A DNA stretch of 64,000 nt from Tubulanus polymorphus (Eukaryota; Animalia; Nemertea): assembly GCF_964204645.1 (NCBI RefSeq), contig NC_134026.1, forward strand, positions 11,059,950-11,123,949. The letters are read 5' to 3'. The notes below the pieces were generated by a model. The model worked only from the letters and a program-made list of their open reading frames with translations. It was not told where the DNA came from and searched no databases. The position numbers were made by a program, and so were the translations under genes. This document shows positions 56,701 through 64,000 of this stretch, in pieces (position 1 is the first letter of the stretch; every line of letters begins with the position of its first letter).

Positions 56701-59339
56701 CGTTGTTGTGAAATAAATGTGCGGATTTTACCAGGGGGATTTTTGCTTTTTATTGATCTTAGTAACATGGAGTGTCCCTGTTATTCATTTGGTTGCAAGA
56801 TTTGGTCCGATCCGTTTTTGATTTGGTATCCCTTGCAAACTCACTGCATCTGCCGGGAACGAAACAGGGAGTTTGATTCTGAAATCGGAAATCGAAGTAC
56901 AGGTATATAATTGTTTGATCGGTGGTCGAAACTATACAAAATTGTTTATTAAAGCTGAAGTACATAATTGGAAATTGAGGTTCCAGTTCATTCTAACAAT
57001 TTTTCAGCCAGTTTGAACCGGCAAGCGACTGATCGGGGTTAATTTTGTTGGTCGTCTAATTTAATACATCGATATTTTAGAAACAACTCATAAATATAAG
57101 GTTGAAGATCATCTTGTCTATTTTTGAATTAAAGGTCGTTTGTCCGAAGGTTTATTGTAAGAGAGGACCTTTAACCGGCGGTTACCTACATTCGCTAGCT
57201 GAATATATGTACTTTCTATTTACTTCTTGACAAATTATAGTCATTTTTGTTCGCTTAGTTCCAGATTAGATCCACATTAGATCAGATCCAGATTTACCTT
57301 TATGTAGGCCTACAACATCTGTAAAATAATACATCACCTACATTCATCTATCATCTATCTATACACAATGATATTTTATGACAGCACCGTAGCTGTCTAT
57401 ATTAGACTAATCATGGACGTATAATCTAGTTTATACGTCCATGGACTAATCTACAGTGGCTGACTATTGACTACACACGTCTCATATCTACAAAAATGCT
57501 ACGCCTTGTGCAGGTACCAACCACTCTATAGTGCGTCACTTACCCTGGACGTTGTTTTCGCTATTGTGATGATTATCATCCTCCCCTGTCGAATGTGATT
57601 TGCCCATTTTTCGTGATTCTTGGACTTTGGGAAGAGCTGCAGGGAAAATGACGATGGGAGATACAAATATAGTACAAATATAGTTACCTAGCAATCAAAC
57701 AGATATAGCTCAATCTATTTTGATGTAATTCTACTAGTGTTATCAATGCCTACTTACTGCGGTCGTCATTTTCTAATTTCAAGCATTACGATCATAAGTG
57801 ACCAATATAGTTATTACACTATACACTGTTTTTATTCATTATATGATAATGGTATATAAACACTGACTTAATGGGTAGACGGGAACCTATAATTGAAATT
57901 CTATGACCATTTCGTATTCTATTTCATTGTCAATGACGTTTTAACCTCGCATGCTCGGATACACCCTAGGAGTACTTTGTATGACAATACCGGACCATAA
58001 CATGAATTTTACACATTAAAAGACATAGTGCATATTGTGAATCTTCAATATCCTCAGTTATCGTATGGAATTCAATTTTAGAATCATGATTTCGATGCCA
58101 ATAGAATGTTGGAGAAGAATGTTAAGATAACAGAATAATCATCAGCACCGTAGAATGGTCACAGAGATCATAAATGTGAACTTCGTAAGCGGATATTACA
58201 ACCACCGTTATGTCTTAATATTTCAGCAATCGGAGTAGAATCACGACTTTACGTTGTGCAAATTACATAATTTTCCCCGTACTCGTGTACAAGCACGATG
58301 AAGTTCACATAGAGCATGGATGTAAACTTCGTAAGAGGATATTGCAATCGCCTTGATGTCATAATATCCACCAATGTATGTTTATCCCTGTGACTTCAAA
58401 TGAAATTCTACGCATTTCCGTTACGCAAAGCTCCTGGTCATATAATAGAACGATATATCCAGGACTTAATAACTTCGCTCTTTAGTTTATCGCTTAGTGC
58501 GCCGACCCATACTGGCAGTTAAGCAGGCTACATTCGAAAAAGCAATCATATCGATGTATGAACACTCGGAGAGGCTCCGACTTGCTTTGTACAAACTACG
58601 TCTGCGAATCAAAGCTGATATTTCAATTTCAATTTATTCCATAAGAAAGCATGTGATAATTCAAGGCTTGCTAATAACGTCGATCCATTTTCTTTATGAT
58701 TGGAATACGAATAGACTTTGGCGTGGACCACGAAAACGCCTAGAAGTTAAATTCTGACAAAATCTGCCAAAATCTGAATTCTGAATAACCAATACCACAA
58801 GGAAGGAACTAGAACACGCAAGAACTATATAAGCAATATCAAATTTTTTTAGACTTGTGCAAAAAATCGTTTTCAGCCCAGTCATTCTGACGCGGCCTGG
58901 AACTGGATTTCAATGGTATGAGATTATCTTTTTCTAGTTTCACTTCACAAGTAATTATTCCTAGACTCGGCACTTTTAGCAAAATCTAGTTTGGACACGA
59001 CGCCATAAGCTTGTTTAAGTATTCATATATTAACTCGATCAAGAGTAATCAGCAATTTTGGGTGCTTAACGATTTCTTAATCTTATCTTAGATTTAATGA
59101 TTATAAAACGGTAGGCCGATAGCTGATTATTGATGTATATTCAGTTCGAAGTGACATAAACATTTCAAATATTTTTCCCATAAAAAAGGGAATTTTACTG
59201 CAAACCTAGGCCTAACCACATTTTACCTTTCAGTAATAAAAGTAAAGCAAAAAGATAAATTTGCATTATTTCGCTGCAATGTTATTTTGGAAATAGAAAT
59301 AAACTTACCGTCCGTTTTAAGTCTTTTTGCTCCTGCCAT
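44758..59339 (-). CDS. DAT: Sodium-dependent dopamine transporter, invertebrate type (SLC6), 14 coding exons, 648 aa
   Basis: Exons (minus): 59339-59309, 53545-53318, 53200-53066, 52928-52607, 52051-51913, 51713-51579, 51498-51395, 51285-51161, 48391-48279, 48063-47935, 47747-47648, 47333-47233, 47016-46849, 44874-44758 (TGA). All GT-AG with consistent phases; total 1947 nt. Motifs: [37 protein letters not shown] (TM1 amine-binding Asp), [24 protein letters not shown] (TM3 Asp as in Drosophila DAT), [20 protein letters not shown]. The first exon is inferred from splice signals and phase only; an alternative start is ATG 53537. Confidence 0.93.
45077..45349. mobile_element. MITE with internal inverted arrays of TCGAAATTCGAC-type repeats (last DAT intron)
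   Basis: Ends TACGGAAGCCTGTTGGTGACAT / ATGTCAACCATAAACGGGCTTCGTT. Internal repeats of about 20-25 bp switch orientation near 45215. Confidence 0.6.
45555..46833 (+). mobile_element. Helentron/HINE (DINE-1-like) non-autonomous element, apparently complete
   Basis: Subterminal inverted repeat GCCCACTTGGGA (45578) / TCCCAAGTGGGC (46816). Four tandem units spaced exactly 154 bp (45630, 45784, 45938, 46092). (ACGG)n microsatellite at about 46748-46782. 3' hairpin TAGCCCGCTGGGACTAAAGTCCCAAGTGGGCTA followed by an A-run. No clear TSD. Confidence 0.85.
50939..50955 (+). mobile_element. 17-nt half copy of the 32-bp palindromic element
   Basis: CATGGACGTATAAACTA, then unrelated sequence. Confidence 0.6.
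54358..54830. mobile_element. 473-bp hAT-like MITE with a 5-bp TSD (DAT intron)
   Basis: 15-bp TIR CAGGCGCGGATCCAG / CTGGATCCGCGTCTG, CATTC on both sides, internal AAAAGGGCAC / GTGCCCTTTT motifs. Confidence 0.8.
56731..57125 (+). repeat. Interspersed repeat family C, copy 3
   Basis: Homologous to 27762-28140 and 25274-25497. Confidence 0.8.
57412..57443. mobile_element. 32-bp palindrome with 7-bp TSD (P-element-type footprint or micro-element), copy 2
   Basis: GACTAAT|CATGGACGTATAATCTAGTTTATACGTCCATG|GACTAAT; one mismatch to 31318-31349. Confidence 0.85.
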
Positions 59340-62300
59340 ACATGGTCATCGTTTGACCGGGTTATTCACAATTAAGACAACGTTTCACCAGTTGCAGGTC
59401 CTGTGCATTCATTGGATTCGCTAAAAAACGATATATGAATAACTTTTCATAATGTTGTAAGACCGTTGGAAATAGTTTCTGCATCTGATCGTAAGATATC
59501 CTGCAAGTCTGATATAACGGCTACCAAAATGATAGCCAGTTTTCAAAAAGGAACAAATGCATAATTTGCTCAGAAAATTGCTTTCTGAAAAATGAAAAAT
59601 ACTAGCAGTACATTCTGCAAATATATGGGGTAACTATCCATTGAAAATAAGCGTAGATAGTTAACCGATTAATTATCCAGATATTCAACTTACCAGCGAG
59701 TTGGGATCACTATAGGTCTTTATGGATTATTACTAGCGCGTATCAGTGTAAAGTTTGTCACATAAGTGGCATGAATGTCTACCCCTAGATGTAGTGCATG
59801 TGAATTTCAAGCCTTAATATCACGACATGAATAGCTTTGCACTCAAGGTATGATATTATAAACATTTGTGCCAATGCATCCATCAATTTCTCTCGGTGTA
59901 TTGATAATAGAAGTGTGTCTCCACGGCGTCAATGACACATCAGCTTCAACGTAATTAAGTAACATTTAATAAAATTGCTATTAGTCGACTGTGAAATCAC
60001 GGCCATTTGCAAATACTTGCTCGCGATATCTGCATAATAGCAGCTATGATTAGTAATTCTCTATTTCGCTTACAAACTCTACCGTTGTTTTTTGTTTTCT
60101 ATTTTCTACCATAAAATCCTCTAGAGCCAACTACACTTGGTATAAAATACGAATGATCATTTTTGAACGGTTACTATCCGATTATGCAATGTCTCGGTGG
60201 AAAGAAAGCACACTTAAACAGCTTTATGTGTAAGCAAACAGAAGAAAGGAAAATGTAGAAAAATCCAGCCAATTGCAAACGTACACGAAGAAAATAAAAC
60301 GCACTGTTGATAATTCATCGTAAATGTGATTCATCGGTTTAAACCAGCCGATTATACATCAATCAAAGCACTCATTTGCGATGCAAGTTTCTAGTTGGTT
60401 GCACCGAGTCCGGCTTGGACTTGACAGCGTGTGCTTTAACGGGCCGACAATAGGTATGTAAACCGCAACGATACACACGAGTTACACGACATATACAACG
60501 TAATTTGATTGGCTGAATGGTGCGTTATATTTGAATAAACCCCCGCAGCCTGGCTATTGCTTGTTTTTCTTCGCAATGCCTTGGGCTGAATTGTTGCCCA
60601 TCCGGTAATTTCTATCGTAGTCATGGTTAGCTTAATGCTGCGTTGAGTGACAAAAGCAACTAGCAACGAATAAAACCACCGTAATAATCACTCAAATTAC
60701 TACCTCTGAATATGAAGAGATTGAATTACATTTTTTTCAGATTGTTCTTGGTTTCTCATAAAACAGCAGTCGGAATCACCAATTGTTATCAATGGATTTT
60801 ACAACAAACCTACTTTGATGATGTCGACAAGTGAACGTATCACGGCGATGTTTGAAAAAACGACCTATTCATGGCTAATTGACCGAAGTTCATAATTTTT
60901 CCAGTGGCCGGTATTTCGAAGGCAGATTCTCGTTTAAGAATAGATTAGTCCTACCATATGCCAAACTCGTGCGTGGAGTTAATACAACCATCAGTCGTAG
61001 ATTTCCATGCTGGTCATGGGCCTTCTTCATAACCTCGCTGTGTTATGACCAACAATTACCGTGGCTACGAGCTAATGAGCAGTACCGTGGCTACGAGTAA
61101 ATGATAAAACCCCAAAACCCTGCGATTTTCACAGAAACAACTGAAAACATTTCCTAGTGATGATGGAAATGACACGTTATATTAACGCTAGCGTTTTTTA
61201 AACCATCCTCACTTTCTTTCAGGGGTACACATGCATAATAACACCTGGGCCTACTAAAATTGGTATCTGCCTTAATGAAATTCTGAAGTGGTTACGAGAG
61301 AAAATCGAAAATCACTAAACATGGAGCTACATTAAAAGTTACAATAACGTTAAGGTTTTTTGAACTATGCTTCTTCAATTTCTCCGATAATCCACATGCA
61401 AAAATAATAGGTACTGAGAAAAAAAATGGTACTTGCTAAGAAATTCTGATGAAGGTAGGAGGAAAAATCGAAAATTACAAAAAATCGCACAAATACGATA
61501 TGAATTGCTTTTCGATAAGTCATCAAAATTGGATTGGATTTCCATCGATTTTGTACGCAAAAATCTCCAAAACGGAAGGAAACCAAAGAAATGACAGCGT
61601 AAACAGTAGTGTCGAATGACAACGTAACGCAAGCGTTCCTAATATCCTTCTTGTTTCCCCTTTGAAGTTTGTGGCTCAAGTCGCTCTGTGACTGATCCGA
61701 TGATGTTCTTACAGCAGCACAGGCACACAGTAATATCCTGTCGATAATTGAAGCGACCTCTTTGGTCACGATTAGAAGGAGTCAAATGGGCACTAGACGC
61801 CGATTAATTTACCTTACATAATTGACTGAGAATCAGTTCGCACTTGAGATATTGCATTCGATGTTACATTCGACGGTCGAGTCTCGATGATAACTAGCTA
61901 TACTTCACTAGTCTCTCACCCGAATGTAACTTAACAGCAGAAGTCATCCAAGAACAAGCAAAGATTTTCCTATATTAGCTCAAATTCGGTCAGGATTAGG
62001 AGTACTTAGATTGCGCGATTAGGTCTCTATGCCTACCCGTAGCAGTCTGAATTTTTTTCATGCTAGATCTGCATGGGAATTTGTTGAGACATCCGCATTA
62101 CGACACATATAGATCACCGATGGGTTTATGTATTCCAGGTCAGATAATGCTGGTGCTTATCCGCAGGGGTACTAATTCGATATGTAGAAATATTTACTAG
62201 GCTACTTTAGGCCTGCTAAGTTAAGTGCTCTATCCCTGATATATAAATACATGCTCATACCGATGAAAAAGTAACGTAAACATCGAAATCCAGTGGAAAA

Positions 62301-63554
62301 CATTTTTGTAGAATTCTTGTCCCGCGTTGGTATGAGTAAAGGTATCTTTCGTATCTTTCATAAATTTTCTTCTGTGTTATGGCTTGGAAACGATTACTCA
62401 AAAGTTTTTGCATGATGCTTATATACAGACGAGAACATGTTCGAGAAGTCGTCTCAAAATGACATGATTTATCCATTGCAACTTACTGGTAGACCTTACA
62501 GTGATTTTGTACCCGTGATCAGTTCGTGTGTAAGATGGATTCACAATATGTATGTACACAATTTTACACGCATACCCAATATACACGTCATTACGCATAA
62601 TTTCTTCGCGTTATCACCTACTGTTTTTCGATATGACTAATCGGTTATTATTACAAAATAGGAATCCCGAGCCCTGATGAAACATCATAGCATTTTGCAT
62701 CGTAATCTGGGTTTATGGTGCTTTGACATCGGTAACCTGGATTATATATTTCCGTGCGAATATATCACGCTAATGGCTGCGCATTATTGATCAAGTTTAT
62801 CATAGTGGTCACTGATCAACATCAATCAGAAACTTGAAATTAATTTTCAGAACAATATGACAGCGGCTGGAAACTTATTTAACAGTCGAAGTTAACAACG
62901 GCTATGAAAACCGATTTCCATATGTTTAAGTGAAGGCAAACATAACTGAATGCCTTTCTAATAAATTTCAGTCGCCACCGGTCAATAAAGCCATTGTGAA
63001 CAGATCGTCAATTTTACTGACCGTCGTTCGGGTATTGATTCCAACCGATTTTATGGCGTGGTCCCTATGCATCACGAGCGGATATTGAACCAGGCGATGA
63101 GCAGAGGAAGCGGGCGGGGATCTCCGTTCAATAGAACGCATGCTGACCACCATGCACTCTGTGATTTATTTCCCTTGATTACTTAGTGAATTATAACCGT
63201 CAACTTTGCCATTAGATTCGAAAATTGATTTCAAATCAATGAAGATATTTCGTCCAAAAATGAGTCATCGAAATATCTTCGTAACACATGAAATATTGAT
63301 GATTCAAGAATCATTAGGCCCATTCTTGGTTTATAGATATTTTGTTGGCGAACCTTTATTTCGCGCGTCAGTGATCGCGTCTTAAACAATGTTAATAACC
63401 TATTCAAATACGCTTTACATTAAAGCAATCTCAAAGATGTGTATTTTTCGAACATTGACTAATCATAAAACTCTTTGAATAAAAATGTTTTTAAAACACG
63501 TTCAAAAGTGGTTCGATAAGACGAATTTCAGATGATTGGTTATGAACAATCCAA

Positions 63555-63915
63555 TAAGAAACAAGAATTTGATTTTTTTTTTGGTGGACAGGCAACCAAT
63601 TGAGACTATACAGTATTCGGGTAACGTGTACATGTTTCTTTGACCGAGCAACTAAATTAGTCGTGTCGCACAGTTTATAGTTAATTGCAACCGGTTTATA
63701 AGATTTGATGGTAGGTTATACAGTAAACTATTACAGTAATCGAATCGGAATGAGACAAATGCGCGAACCAATCGTTCTGCTCTAATTTTGTCTAAAACCG
63801 GCGAATTCTGCCGATTCGGAAAGAAATGAAATAAAATTGATTCACGCATTATATTTGCGATATGATGGTCCATATCATCAAGTGCATTCAAGGATCTCTT
63901 ACGGAGAGAATAAAT
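63555..63915 (-). mobile_element. L2/CR1-group LINE relic (3' part of ORF2)
   Basis: AERLVRAFVSFRFDYCNSLLYNLPSNLINRLQLTINCATRLI followed by HVTRILYSLNWLPVHQ matches the L2-type LVHAFVxSRLDYCNSLL...LQxxQNxAARL...HITPxLxxLHWLPV motifs. It contains stops and frameshifts. Confidence 0.85.
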
Positions 63916-64000
63916 AGTAAGCCATGCTCACTTAATTAAATCGAGCTATATTCATTCCAAAATATCTAGAGTAATGGCGATAAAAATTACAATGAAATTG

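Noticed and set aside
14928-59339. Functional cluster of CA, UNC-93A and DAT
   Set aside because: Adjacency in an animal genome does not imply shared function, and no shared regulatory evidence is visible.

Overview
AT-rich, intron-containing eukaryotic DNA from an invertebrate animal. It is probably a marine protostome or lophotrochozoan, but that is an inference. Three spliced genes can be assembled by hand with GT-AG junctions and consistent phases: a secreted alpha-carbonic anhydrase (+, 999-3309, 10 coding exons, 339 aa), an UNC-93A-like MFS membrane protein (+, 14928-24312, 3 coding exons, about 526 aa) and an invertebrate-type dopamine transporter of the SLC6 family (-, 59339-44758, 14 coding exons, 648 aa). 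The rest is intronic or intergenic and holds many non-autonomous mobile elements: two copies of a Helentron/HINE-like element with 154-bp internal repeats, PIF/Harbinger-like, hAT-like and other MITEs, LINE relics and microsatellites. The most striking signal is a 32-bp palindrome, CATGGACGTATAAACTAGTTTATACGTCCATG, present twice with different 7-bp target-site duplications, plus an exactly 17-nt half copy. This geometry (17+17-2) fits P-element excision footprints. Also notable is a MITE family with 8-bp TSDs whose terminal inverted repeats carry outward-facing tRNA-like B-boxes. No prokaryotic features, CRISPR arrays or intact tRNA/rRNA genes were found.
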